From positions 10,028 through 74,027 of the forward strand of contig CAZMBY010000002.1 of assembly GCA_964564925.1 (NCBI GenBank): a stretch of 64,000 nt of DNA, read 5' to 3'. Of the stretch, positions 26,616 to 36,139 are shown in pieces. Position 1 is the stretch's first letter, and every line of letters starts with the position of its first letter. The position numbers were made by a program, and so were the translations under genes. Below the pieces are notes generated by a model. The model made no database searches and was not told where the DNA came from. It saw only the letters and a list, made by a program, of their open reading frames with translations. This stretch comes from an uncultured Methanosarcinales archaeon (GTDB lineage Archaea > Nanobdellota > Nanobdellia > Woesearchaeales > GW2011-AR4).

Positions 26616-28523
26616 TCAAATATATGGCACATTTTCATGGAACTTGATCCCATAAACATAGACATAATTCCAGAACAATCCTTTTTTTCTTGTGACAAAT
26701 ACAGAGAAGCCGGCGCTCCTGAAAATCTGCTCAATCACCTTGTCGTTTGACAGCCAGGCGACGTTTGGAATCACCTTAAAGAAATCGGCATAGTCTACAA
26801 AAACTATTTTGCCTCCGTAGGGCAGCAGGTCGCGCATTTCTCTCAGCACCTTTTTGACGTCCTGGAGATACCCCATCATTCCTATGCTGACTATCGCATC
26901 AACATTGGGTATCGAGGGATGCACCCTGTTGACCTGATGTTCATCGTGCACAACAATAACATGGCTATGTCCTCTTTTCTTTAGCCTTCTCCTTGTTATG
27001 GCCAGGTCCCTTGTTGCAAGATCAGTAGCATAAACTTTTCCGCCTGGCTTGACAGACTCTGCGAGGTGCATGGTGAGGGTTCCAACAGAGCAGCCAAATT
27101 CAAGGACTTTCTTGTTGCTGATGTCCCCCAATAAAGCTAATATCTCTTCTCTTGTGCTCTTTGGAAGTATTATTTTTTCAGTCAGAAGTGTTATGTAAGC
27201 GAGCGAATTATTAATGCTTATGATAGCGCTGGGATCATAATACATCTTAAGCAGGAAATATATTGGAACACCGACAATTATAAGTGAAAGCCCCAGCTTA
27301 AGAGTATTGACTGCAGTTGGATCAGTTTGAGCCCATGCAATTGTGATTCCAATCAGGAGGGCCATTAAAATAAGGGATCCAATAGCCAGGAAGGGAACTT
27401 TGAATTTTCGCGGTAAATTTGGCTCTTTAAACCGTAAAATTGGCACTGCAAGCACAATCGCGAAATACATCAATAGCCCAAGAGGAAGCAGCAGGCTCAG
27501 CAGCTGCCTGTACCTCCCAAATGTCATCCCGAAAACCAGAAGGGAAACAATTGTCTGGAAAATTATTGCCTTGTGCGGAGTCTTGTATTTTTCATGAATG
27601 GTGCTTAGTTGCGCTATGAAAAGCTTGTCCCTTGCCAGCGCGAGAATCAGCCTTGGCATTGTTATTATCCCACTGGCGGCCGAACCGATCAGGGCAGCAA
27701 ATATTCCGATATTTATGACGTTTACGCCAAAATTGCTGAAAATGCGTTCTGATACCATTGAAAGCGGAGCATCAGACAAAGCCAATATCTCCCAGGGGAT
27801 TATTCCAAGAGAAACTGCTGTTACTAAAATTCCAAGAATCCCGACAATGACAGTACCAAGGATTATGGCGATGGGTATTATCCGTTGGGCATCTTTGGTT
27901 TCCTCTGCAAGATAAGTTGCGCTTTCCCAGCCGAAGTAGCTCTCTGCTATCAAAAACATTGTAACAAGCATGGAAGCTGCACCACTTATAAAAAAAGGGC
28001 TGTATTTCTCAGGAGTTATGAAAAACAGCCCTGGGATAATTATCGAGGCTAAAACACTAATTGAAATGAACGCAAATACGACAAGGGAGATGGCACTCAA
28101 TTCAATGCCATAGAATGCAACTGTGTTCAGCAGCAATATGAAACCGATGCTAATCCCTATCTTTAAGAGCGCCAGAGAAGGATCAGGAACCAGATAGTCA
28201 ATTGCTGCTACAATAAGCAAGGCTGTTGTCAAGTTGCCGACAAGCCACGCAATCCATCCCATCAGGAACGACAAGAATCTGCTGTAAGCGTGCTTGCTGA
28301 ATTCATATACTCCCCCTGCCATGGGATACATAGAAACAAGCTCAGCAAAATACATGCTGATGTAGATGGCAACAATGCTCATTATAACCCATGCAAGAAT
28401 TGATGCGTTGCCGGAATACCTTGAGGCTATTCCCATGCCAAAGAACAGACCTGTGCCCATGATGGAAGAGATTGCAAGCGACAATGTAACCCAAAATCCA
28501 AGTACCCTCTTTAGCTCGGCCAT
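26616..28523 (-). CDS. APC-family permease fused to a C-terminal class I SAM-dependent methyltransferase domain
   Basis: ATG 28523 lies 29 nt after a TATA on the minus strand. About 12 TM helices typical of amino-acid/polyamine permeases. MTase motifs: VLEFGCSVGTLTMHLA (motif I), YATDLA, DAIVSIGMMGY, LLPYGGKIVFVDY. Confidence 0.8.
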   Translation of the reverse strand: MAELKRVLGFWVTLSLAISSIMGTGLFFGMGIASRYSGNASILAWVIMSIVAIYISMYFAELVSMYPMAGGVYEFSKHAYSRFLSFLMGWIAWLVGNLTTALLIVAAIDYLVPDPSLALLKIGISIGFILLLNTVAFYGIELSAISLVVFAFISISVLASIIIPGLFFITPEKYSPFFISGAASMLVTMFLIAESYFGWESATYLAEETKDAQRIIPIAIILGTVIVGILGILVTAVSLGIIPWEILALSDAPLSMVSERIFSNFGVNVINIGIFAALIGSAASGIITMPRLILALARDKLFIAQLSTIHEKYKTPHKAIIFQTIVSLLVFGMTFGRYRQLLSLLLPLGLLMYFAIVLAVPILRFKEPNLPRKFKVPFLAIGSLILMALLIGITIAWAQTDPTAVNTLKLGLSLIIVGVPIYFLLKMYYDPSAIISINNSLAYITLLTEKIILPKSTREEILALLGDISNKKVLEFGCSVGTLTMHLAESVKPGGKVYATDLATRDLAITRRRLKKRGHSHVIVVHDEHQVNRVHPSIPNVDAIVSIGMMGYLQDVKKVLREMRDLLPYGGKIVFVDYADFFKVIPNVAWLSNDKVIEQIFRSAGFSVFVTRKKGLFWNYVYVYGIKFHENVPYI

Positions 28524-28614
28524 CAATCTAAAATTTCACTTTATCTTTAAAAACAAGTGTTTATACTTAAATGTGGTAACTTATCTTTTCATTCAAGCCT
28601 TGCAGTCATTCACT

Positions 28615-28629
28615 AAAAAACTTTAAATA
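28615..28629 (+). promoter_or_regulatory. BRE/TATA promoter for leaderless Dph2-like gene
   Basis: aaaaaactttaaata. TATA starts at 28622, 31 nt before ATG 28653. Confidence 0.5.
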
Positions 28630-28652
28630 CAGCACTATAAAACCTAAGTTCC

Positions 28653-29345
28653 ATGAAAATAATGATGGTTGAAGGCAGGTATAAGGGAAAAATAAATCTT
28701 TCTAATCTGGATGCCAGCCTATTGCCCAAAAGAATTGGGTTATCTACAACAGTGCAGTTCCTTGATTTTATAGACCAAATAAAGGATTACCTTGAGAAAA
28801 ATGGGAAAATGGTGGTTGTAGGCAAAATTAGGCAGAAATATGAAGGCCAGCTGCTTGGCTGTGATTATGGCGCTGCTGATAATTTAAAGAATGATGTTGA
28901 TGCATTCCTTTACATCGGAACAGGCAAGTTTCACCCTTTGGGAATCGCATTGAACATAAAAAAGGAAGTCTTCTGTTACGACCTCATAAGCGCTGAGCTA
29001 TCAAGGATAGACAGGGCTGAAGTTGAAAGGTACAACAGGAAACGAAAAGCAGCTTATATGAAATTTTTGGAGGCAAACGAGATCGGTTTCTTGGTTTCAT
29101 TAAAGCCGGGCCAGAATAATTTCAGGAAAGCAATCGAATTGAAGAATACGCTAAAGGACAAGAATTGCTACATCTTTGCGTTTGACACGCTGGATTTTGG
29201 CCAAATCGAGAACTTTCCTTTCATACAGTGCTGGGTAAACACAGCATGCAATAGAATCCTTGATGATTACGAGAAATTTTCCAAGCCATTGGTTGACTTA
29301 GGCGACATAGAGAAAATGCAGCTTCTGGCGATAACTGTTAAATAA
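28653..29345 (+). CDS. dph2: Dph2-like protein (diphthamide synthesis, 2-(3-amino-3-carboxypropyl)histidine synthase family), short form lacking domain 1
   Basis: Matches my recollection of Dph2 domains 2-3: GQLLGCDYGAA, FLYIGTGKFHPLGIAL, ERYNRKRKAAY, IGFLVSLKPGQ, NFPFIQCWVNTACNRI. It is only 230 aa, versus ~330-340 aa for typical archaeal Dph2. Confidence 0.6.
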   Translation: MKIMMVEGRYKGKINLSNLDASLLPKRIGLSTTVQFLDFIDQIKDYLEKNGKMVVVGKIRQKYEGQLLGCDYGAADNLKNDVDAFLYIGTGKFHPLGIALNIKKEVFCYDLISAELSRIDRAEVERYNRKRKAAYMKFLEANEIGFLVSLKPGQNNFRKAIELKNTLKDKNCYIFAFDTLDFGQIENFPFIQCWVNTACNRILDDYEKFSKPLVDLGDIEKMQLLAITVK

Positions 29346-29349
29346 CTGA

Positions 29350-29616
29350 TTATTTCTTCTTTTTGCCCTGGGAAAGCAGGCCTATCAGCTCTTTAGTCTG
29401 GTTTAATTCCCTTCTGGACATTTCGACCATCAGGCTGAGCATAATGAACAGCACCAACAAGGTCAGCCAGCTGAAAATAGCAATTATCATCAGCCAGCTC
29501 AGCTGCCCATTCTCGTGCCTGAAAGCCTGATTGATAAGCTGAAATCCAAGAAATGCGGCTCCTAAGCCCACAACTAACAGCACAATTTCAAAAATATTCA
29601 CTTTGTTGTCTGCCAT
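29350..29616 (-). CDS. Small two-TM membrane protein
   Basis: ATG 29616 is preceded by a ggtg SD; the ORF track start at 29652 is a TTG. MADNKVNIFEIVLLVVGLGAAFLGF... Confidence 0.55.
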   Translation of the reverse strand: MADNKVNIFEIVLLVVGLGAAFLGFQLINQAFRHENGQLSWLMIIAIFSWLTLLVLFIMLSLMVEMSRRELNQTKELIGLLSQGKKKK

Positions 29617-29689
29617 TACCACACCATTTACAAATCTCTTTCTATGCAACAACTTAGCAAACTATTATTTAAACTTTATTGTTTGTGGA

Positions 29690-32600
29690 TCACTTTTTAT
29701 AGTACTCAATCCTTACAAATAAAATAATGATTCCTATAACAAAAACGACAATTGCGGCTATGATTATGCTGCTCTTTTTGCCAATAAAATCCCGTACTGC
29801 GAACCCTGTTGGCTGCCCTAAATACTCTTTGGCAGTCGCATTAATCACTGCAGACACATTCGCTGGTGAAGCCGAATCGATTTCACATTGCATGCATAAG
29901 CCGCCGCAGTCAATCCCTTCTTCATCCTGATTTTTTATGCCATCATCACATGTTTCAGACGCTAATGCTAAAGGCTTTGGAGCTTCACAACTCTTGCTTG
30001 CTTGAGGCTTATCGTCAATAACAGGGCACGCATTTTGCTGCACATGCTGCGGCACTTTTACAAAACTGCATTCTCTTGCCTGAAATCCATTTATGCAGCC
30101 TGACCATTCACCACACTGCCAATCCATGTTGCAGACATAGCCAAAGCTGCCTCCTCCCCCACCTCCGCCACCACCACCTGAACTGCCTCCCGAGCCGCTG
30201 CTTCCGGAACTGGGGCTTGAACAATCAGTTGTTTTGGATGCATCACCATCATTGCAGTCGTCGCCAGCAGCGCAGCCGGAGCCAAAACCATCACCATCAT
30301 TGTCCCTGCAGAGCTCCTTGACGGCAGAATGCCTTAATCCATTTATCCTGTACCTTGTGCCTGTGTCAAAACAAGAGTATTGCCCGCTGCTTGAATTATT
30401 GCACAAGACAAGAGTCTCATTTGATGAATCGCATGCAGGGCTTATGGAATCAAACCCAGCATTTGCATCTTTTATGCACACAGACTTCACGCTGGAGTTC
30501 ATTTTTTCCAGGAAAAAAGTTTTGGTTGCATTAAGGAGATTGATGGTGCCCTTGATTGAGATTGCACTGCTGCCATTTGATGTTGAATTTATGGTCACAT
30601 TTCCCAAGTCAAGCCTATTCGAGGAGTTGAAGGTGAAATTGAATTCAATCAGCAAATCACTGCCGTTTGTGACCTGAACCAAGAAAGTGCCGTTGAAAGA
30701 GCCTGATAAATTTGAGATATTGTTGATAGTAATGCCCAGTGAAAGAGTCGTATTGACTGATGACAAATTTCCATGCAAAAAGTCATTGTCGTCTATAATC
30801 CCATCATTGTCGTCATCGCTATCATTAAAGTCAGGATTGCCGTCATTGTCGGAGTCTCTGGCATCGGAAACGATGACCGTGGCAGTTGCAGACTCGGTGG
30901 AATAGCCGTCATCTGCAGTTATGTTCACCTCATAAATGCCGCTGCTTGTCAGATTTGTATTCCAAATCAAATTATCTCCCTCTAATTTGAATTCGCTATT
31001 GTTAGAAGTGATGTTCAAAGAATCCCCGTCCAAGTCCGTTGCATTCACTGAAATATTTGCAAGCTGCGTTTCTTCTATGCTAATCAAGGAGTTAACCACA
31101 TTAATCGACGGAATTGCGTTTTCAATTCTGATTGCTGAGCTGTTGGCAAACTCGCTCCAGTCCGCGCCATCAAAGACCCTGACGCTGAAAGTCCAGTTCT
31201 CAAGCTTTGTTGTATTCTCATGGCTTATCAAAGTTTTATTTTTGTGCTCATCTATCAGAGTATTATTCATAAACCAAAATGTTTCATTCAGAATAATATT
31301 ATCATTATCGAAATCACTGTAACTCCATGAAGCGAGCAAAGACCCGTTTGTCCTGTTTAAATGGTCAGAGCTTGACACTATCACCGAGGTTACATTCGGA
31401 GCAATATTGGTGTTATTGACAGTTAGATTCCAAGTCAATGAAGTTGCAGCGCTGCTGTCAAACACCTTTACCGTAATGTTGTAGTGCCCTGCTGATGTGA
31501 AATTACCAGCAAAGGTAAAACTGCTTGCAGTGGATTCTAAGCTTCCATTTAGATACCAAGCAAATGCAATTTGATCATCATTAACCTCGTTTGCTGTTAT
31601 ATTGAATGTTAGATTGCTTGGCTCATTGATGCTTGTGTTTAACAACTCCGGATAAAATGAAGTTATGTTAGGCGGAATTATGTCAGTGAGCAATAAGGCT
31701 GGATAAATGTTTATTCTTGGAAAAGTTAAGCCGCTTCCAGTGTCCTCTATTTGCTTGCCTGTATCATTCAAGTAATCCTGGATTTCTGCTGGCATTAAGA
31801 TTGAGTTTTGCTCTAATTTTCTGTACTGATGCAGCAATGCAAAAGCACCTGCAACATGCGGTGTTGACATTGAAGTTCCAGAAAGTGTCAAGTAGCCGCT
31901 CGCATCGCACAAAATACAGCCGCTTTTAGGAACAGTGGATTTTATTGACTCTCCTGGAGCAAGAAAATCAGTTATTGTGTTCCTGTTGCTGAAGCTTGAT
32001 ATTCCATCTAGCTTTGATACCGAGCCAACTGAAGTTGCGCTTTTCAGGCAAGCCGGAGATGAAATTTGAGAAGAGCTTCCGTCATTCCCCGAAGCCGCAA
32101 TCACAGAAATATTGTTTGCGACTGCTTTGTCAACTGCAATCTTAAATCCAGCTTCTGTGCCTTCATCATCGCAATAAGAAGAGAACAATTGAGCGCTGCC
32201 CAGGCTCATGCTTATGACAGAAATATTGAATTTTGAGGCATTATATATGCACCAGTCAATGGCCGCAATTATGTCGCTGTCCAGACAATTTCCCCCTGCG
32301 GAATTGTCGCACACTTTCATGGCTATCAATGTCGATTCCGGAGCAATCCCTTTAAAAATCTGGTTTGCAGATGCTATGATGCCGGAAACGTGGCTGCCAT
32401 GGCCTTGATCATCAATAGGATCATTGTCAAGATTCTTGAAATCATATCCGGCTATAACTTTACTGCAGGCACCTGCCAAAAACTGACTGGTGGTGCAAGC
32501 GCCTAGGCTTTCATGGGTATAATCAATCCCGCTGTCAATTACGCAGATGCTTTCACCTTTTCCAGTCACATTAGTCCCATTGTAAATCAGGCGCCACGCA

Positions 32601-33013
32601 TTTGTTGCATTAACTTGAAGAACACTTGAATCCAAAGCAAAGCTCCTTATGTTGTCTTTAACTATTCTTTCAATATAGGGGTTATTTTTTAGCTTTTGAT
32701 AGCTGGATTTCCTTATCTTGCCAGAAAATGCGTTCAAGGTTGTGTAAGAATTTTTCAATTCCAAATCAAAATCTAAGCCAGAATCTTGAATTTCATTAAC
32801 CTGCAGCCTGTTGCCATAACTCTTTACCTTTAAATCTTGGAAAATTTTTTCTTTTTCCTTACCTTCATAGCCTTTCTTAAGTATGACTACCGCATTAATT
32901 TCTTCAGCGCCCCTGAACAAGTCATTTGCCTCAAGGTCTGCGTTAGAATTGACTTGAAAAGATAAAACAATAAAAATAATAAAAAATAGCTTCACTCTTT
33001 TTTTCATTTTCAA
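29690..33013 (-). CDS. Giant S8 subtilisin-like serine protease, surface anchored
   Basis: Signal peptide. Triad ICVIDSGIDY (Asp), GHGSHVSG (His), SGTSMSTPHVAG (Ser). Ig/PKD-like repeats, an acidic DSDNDGNPDFNDSDDDNDGIIDDND stretch, a Ser/Gly linker ending in G10, Cys-rich modules (CDDGIKNQDEEGIDCGGLC) and a C-terminal TM plus basic tail. Confidence 0.9.
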   Translation of the reverse strand: MKMKKRVKLFFIIFIVLSFQVNSNADLEANDLFRGAEEINAVVILKKGYEGKEKEKIFQDLKVKSYGNRLQVNEIQDSGLDFDLELKNSYTTLNAFSGKIRKSSYQKLKNNPYIERIVKDNIRSFALDSSVLQVNATNAWRLIYNGTNVTGKGESICVIDSGIDYTHESLGACTTSQFLAGACSKVIAGYDFKNLDNDPIDDQGHGSHVSGIIASANQIFKGIAPESTLIAMKVCDNSAGGNCLDSDIIAAIDWCIYNASKFNISVISMSLGSAQLFSSYCDDEGTEAGFKIAVDKAVANNISVIAASGNDGSSSQISSPACLKSATSVGSVSKLDGISSFSNRNTITDFLAPGESIKSTVPKSGCILCDASGYLTLSGTSMSTPHVAGAFALLHQYRKLEQNSILMPAEIQDYLNDTGKQIEDTGSGLTFPRINIYPALLLTDIIPPNITSFYPELLNTSINEPSNLTFNITANEVNDDQIAFAWYLNGSLESTASSFTFAGNFTSAGHYNITVKVFDSSAATSLTWNLTVNNTNIAPNVTSVIVSSSDHLNRTNGSLLASWSYSDFDNDNIILNETFWFMNNTLIDEHKNKTLISHENTTKLENWTFSVRVFDGADWSEFANSSAIRIENAIPSINVVNSLISIEETQLANISVNATDLDGDSLNITSNNSEFKLEGDNLIWNTNLTSSGIYEVNITADDGYSTESATATVIVSDARDSDNDGNPDFNDSDDDNDGIIDDNDFLHGNLSSVNTTLSLGITINNISNLSGSFNGTFLVQVTNGSDLLIEFNFTFNSSNRLDLGNVTINSTSNGSSAISIKGTINLLNATKTFFLEKMNSSVKSVCIKDANAGFDSISPACDSSNETLVLCNNSSSGQYSCFDTGTRYRINGLRHSAVKELCRDNDGDGFGSGCAAGDDCNDGDASKTTDCSSPSSGSSGSGGSSGGGGGGGGGGSFGYVCNMDWQCGEWSGCINGFQARECSFVKVPQHVQQNACPVIDDKPQASKSCEAPKPLALASETCDDGIKNQDEEGIDCGGLCMQCEIDSASPANVSAVINATAKEYLGQPTGFAVRDFIGKKSSIIIAAIVVFVIGIIILFVRIEYYKK

Positions 33014-33032
33014 CGGTCATTCAGCCATATAT

Positions 33033-33242
33033 TTAAGATTTTCTTGGAGAATTGCCTTTAAACCATTTCTTAATTTTTGCAAGCCACTTTTTTATGGTGC
33101 TTTTCTTCACACCAATCACTAGAAGCCCTGCCAAAATTAAAAGCCAGCCCTGAACTATCGGTATAAATCCAGAAATCACGCCGATTATTATTAAGATTAC
33201 TCCTGCTATTATCCTTATCAGCTTAAATAAATGCTTGTACAT
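33033..33242 (-). CDS. Small two-TM membrane protein
   Basis: 69 aa. IIAGVILIIIGVISGFIPIVQGWLLILAGLLVIG followed by a basic tail. Confidence 0.5.
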   Translation of the reverse strand: MYKHLFKLIRIIAGVILIIIGVISGFIPIVQGWLLILAGLLVIGVKKSTIKKWLAKIKKWFKGNSPRKS

Positions 33243-33246
33243 AATC

Positions 33247-34215
33247 TTATGTGGTTATGCTTATGCTTGTCGTGGCTTTTCTTTCAAATAATGAGTTTCC
33301 AATCCCTTTGCCGATAAAAAAGGACTGCTTTCCCATGACATCGCTCAAAATGTCAAACAGAGTTTTTTCTTTTTTGTATTCGACAATCTCAGCTTCTATC
33401 CCCTCTTTCTTCTCTATAAAGCTTATGACCTGGTCTTTGCCGCCCAGCTCATCCACCAATCCCAGATCTTTTGCCTGGGAGCCAAGATAAAAAAGCCCAT
33501 TCGCAATCTTGTCGACATCCTTTTTATTCAAATTCCTGTTCTTTGCCACTTCGCTGACGAAATAATCCCTTATGTCATCCAGGCTCTCCTGGAATACCAT
33601 CCTTTCCTCATCAGTCATCTCCTTGAAAGGGCTCCCTATATCCTTGTATTTTCCCGATACCAGCCTTTGGTATGTGATATTGTGGTCGTCTAAGAAACCG
33701 GCGAATTCCAGATAGGAAGCAATGACTCCAATGGATCCTGTTATTGAAACCCTGTCAGCAACTATATGGTCAGAGGATGAAGCAATCCAATAAGCGCCTG
33801 AAGCGCCAACTTCCCTTATCCACGCAACAGTCGTCTTGTTTGTTTTCCTGACGGCATTTGCTATCTCCTCAGATGCAACAGCTGAGCCGCCTGGGCTGTT
33901 TATCTCCAATATGATTGCTTTGATTGACGGGTTTTTGTCAGCTTTCTCGATAAATTCAACTGTTTCTTGCGATGCTGTAACGCTTTCAAACAAATAATCT
34001 GAATCGTCCCCTGCGATAACACCGCTTATCGGGATTAATGCAACATTGCCGGCAAGATTTTCAACATCAATGCCCACAAACAACGAAATCACAGCAACAG
34101 CCATGAATCCCAGCACAACCAACAGAAATAAGACAAAAATGGCATAGCCCCATCTGAAATTTGGACCTGTGCTGTCTCCGCCTTGCCTATCATAGCCGTC
34201 TGTAAGCTTAGCCAT
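33247..34215 (-). CDS. sppA: Signal peptide peptidase SppA (S49, 36K type)
   Basis: N-terminal TM. INSPGGSAVASEEI and GASGAYWIASSSDHIVA (nucleophile Ser region). YKDIGSPFKEMTDEER. Confidence 0.85.
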   Translation of the reverse strand: MAKLTDGYDRQGGDSTGPNFRWGYAIFVLFLLVVLGFMAVAVISLFVGIDVENLAGNVALIPISGVIAGDDSDYLFESVTASQETVEFIEKADKNPSIKAIILEINSPGGSAVASEEIANAVRKTNKTTVAWIREVGASGAYWIASSSDHIVADRVSITGSIGVIASYLEFAGFLDDHNITYQRLVSGKYKDIGSPFKEMTDEERMVFQESLDDIRDYFVSEVAKNRNLNKKDVDKIANGLFYLGSQAKDLGLVDELGGKDQVISFIEKKEGIEAEIVEYKKEKTLFDILSDVMGKQSFFIGKGIGNSLFERKATTSISITT

Positions 34216-34413
34216 TTATTGCTCGCCTTCTTTCTTGAATGCCTGAAACATGTCTTTTCTGCCTTGCTTTAAGTTATCAAGTATCTGGTCTTTCGCCATT
34301 TCCAAAAAGCCAATGGCCTCTTGTGGCGTAACATTCTGAGTTTTCATTGAGGTCTGGATGTTGTTGGACAATACATCCACTCTTAACAAAAATGCTTTTT
34401 GTTCAGTTGCCAT
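34216..34413 (-). CDS. Small hypothetical protein
   Basis: ATG 34413 lies 9 nt after a ggaggtg SD. 65 aa, hydrophilic. Confidence 0.45.
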   Translation of the reverse strand: MATEQKAFLLRVDVLSNNIQTSMKTQNVTPQEAIGFLEMAKDQILDNLKQGRKDMFQAFKKEGEQ

Positions 34414-34441
34414 TTTTGACCACACCTCCCAATATATTAAA

Positions 34442-34948
34442 TTATTGCCCTAAACTAAATTTTTCAACGACGCTTGTCTTGCTCAGTATCTCACTCAGCC
34501 TCTGGTTTGTTTTTGTAAAAATCATGAACAGCGGGTCAAGGATCAGCAATACAACGAAAGGAAATATTGGTATGAACATAAGGTTCCGTACCATCAATTG
34601 CCATGCCTTTAAGCTCTTTAAATCGCTCACTACATAAATTTTCATAATAGTCTTGCCTATCGTTTGGCCCATTTTCCTCTCCAGCAATATGAAATACATG
34701 ATTATCAGGACAGATATGGCGAAAAAAAGTGATGTTATGAATCCTGTATAATTTGTGCTGCTGCTTAGCAGCTTATACGCCTCTGAGAATGAATAATCCT
34801 TGGGTATCATGCCCTGCAACAGTCTTCTAAAAGGGAACAACACAACTATGTTAATTACTGCAATGTCTATGAAGAAAGCGGCTATCCTTTTCCAAAGCAA
34901 AGCAGGGCCTATAAAAGTGCTTTCCTTGGGAATCCTCAGGCTTTTCAT
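34442..34948 (-). CDS. RDD-family membrane protein
   Basis: ATG 34948 lies exactly 30 nt after the minus-strand TATA (34978..34971). ALLWKRIAAFFIDIAVINIVV followed by further TM helices. Confidence 0.65.
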   Translation of the reverse strand: MKSLRIPKESTFIGPALLWKRIAAFFIDIAVINIVVLFPFRRLLQGMIPKDYSFSEAYKLLSSSTNYTGFITSLFFAISVLIIMYFILLERKMGQTIGKTIMKIYVVSDLKSLKAWQLMVRNLMFIPIFPFVVLLILDPLFMIFTKTNQRLSEILSKTSVVEKFSLGQ

Positions 34949-34970
34949 TGTGTTTGGTATATCCACACTA

Positions 34971-35047
34971 TTTATAAATTTGTGTTTTGCTGTTTTATGA
35001 AATTGACATTTGAATTGATCCTGCGGCTCTGCAGAAAGATATATAAA
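34971..35047. promoter_or_regulatory. Divergent leaderless promoter pair (RDD gene / aIF-1A)
   Basis: Minus-strand tttataaa at 34978..34971, 30 nt before ATG 34948. Plus-strand tatataaa at 35040..35047, 31 nt before ATG 35071. Confidence 0.5.
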
Positions 35048-35070
35048 CAAACCTCCAATTGAGTAGTTGA

Positions 35071-35415
35071 ATGAGCAAAAAGAAAGAGGAGCAGGAAAAG
35101 CAAGAGAAGTTTCAACAGGAGATCTCCAGGATTAACCTCCCAAGGGGCAAGCAAAGCTTTGGCTCAATAGAACAAAGGCTTGGCGGCTCCCGAATGCGCG
35201 TAAAGTGCTTGGACGGCAAAACTAGAATATGCAGGATACCTGGAAGGCTTACAAGGAAGTTATGGGTGAGGGAAGGAGATATAGTCATTGTTGAGCCATG
35301 GGAGTACAGCGGAGACGAGAAAGGCGACATAATCTACAAGTACACCCCGACTCAGCTGATTTTTCTTAAGAAAAAGGGCTACCTTAAGCAGCTTGACGAA
35401 TTTGAAGAGTTCTGA
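35071..35415 (+). CDS. eif1a: Translation initiation factor aIF-1A
   Basis: S1/OB core RMRVKCLDGKTRICRIPGRLTRKLWVREGDIVIVEPWEYSGDEKGDIIYKY. Confidence 0.9.
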   Translation: MSKKKEEQEKQEKFQQEISRINLPRGKQSFGSIEQRLGGSRMRVKCLDGKTRICRIPGRLTRKLWVREGDIVIVEPWEYSGDEKGDIIYKYTPTQLIFLKKKGYLKQLDEFEEF

Positions 35416-35437
35416 TTTGAATTACCACTGGCCCATA

Positions 35438-35451
35438 GAAATCTTTAAATA
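35438..35451 (+). promoter_or_regulatory. BRE/TATA promoter (leaderless)
   Basis: gaaatctttaaata. TATA starts at 35444, 30 nt before ATG 35474. Confidence 0.5.
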
Positions 35452-35473
35452 TCCGGATTAAAACCTTTTGCCG

Positions 35474-36139
35474 ATGGGAAAGCAAAGCTTAAGCTTCTCT
35501 GCAATGAACTTAGTTCTTCTTTTTGTAATAATTGGCTTAATCTTGGCTGTTTTTGACCTGGAAAATATTGCATTCGTATTTGAACTGAGTGTGCTGGTGA
35601 TGTTTATGCTCCTTCTGGTTTTTGGCATGTTTGCTGTTTATAATGACAGGCAGTGGGGATGGAATGTGATTGGCGCTGTGCTGGCATTCATCTTGGTTGA
35701 TATGTTTTTTATTTATTCTGCCACAAAATCGTTTGGTGCTGCTCACCTGGTTGCGGTTTTGTTCTCAATAATCGGGCTCATCATGGTTTTGTTAAACCTG
35801 CAGGGGATGGGTGAAGAACGGATAATTGAAACTCCGGATAAAAATGAGGGATACACCCCAGTCATCAGTAATCTGGAAGCTTCAGCTGAAGAAAAGCACG
35901 AAATGAAGGAGGAAGTCCAAAAAATTGTAAAGGAAGAATCGAAAGAAGAGTTAAAAGAAGAAATGAAAGTTGAGAGGAAATTCACGCCGGGCAAGCTTGT
36001 TGCCAGCAAGAAAGCCAACAAATTTCACGTCCCAAAATGCGACTGGGCAAAGAGGATAAAAAAATCAAACAGAATCTGGTTTAATTCTAAGGAAGAGGCT
36101 GTTTCAAAAGGCTTTGAAGCTGATACTTGCGTGCCTTGA
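35474..36139 (+). CDS. Membrane protein with C-terminal Cys-pair (Ada Zn-binding/'sunset'-like) motif
   Basis: 4 TM helices, a Glu/Lys-rich linker, then FHVPKCDWAKRIKKSNRIWFNSKEEAVSKGFEADTCV. Confidence 0.6.
   Translation: MGKQSLSFSAMNLVLLFVIIGLILAVFDLENIAFVFELSVLVMFMLLLVFGMFAVYNDRQWGWNVIGAVLAFILVDMFFIYSATKSFGAAHLVAVLFSIIGLIMVLLNLQGMGEERIIETPDKNEGYTPVISNLEASAEEKHEMKEEVQKIVKEESKEELKEEMKVERKFTPGKLVASKKANKFHVPKCDWAKRIKKSNRIWFNSKEEAVSKGFEADTCVP

Noticed and set aside
30076-30677. ORFs 30076..30321(+), 30091..30300(-) and 30234..30677(+) with His/Pro-rich or Ala/Val-rich translations.
   Set aside because: They are frames of the GC-rich Ser/Gly-linker region of the S8 protease gene, which is the supported reading.
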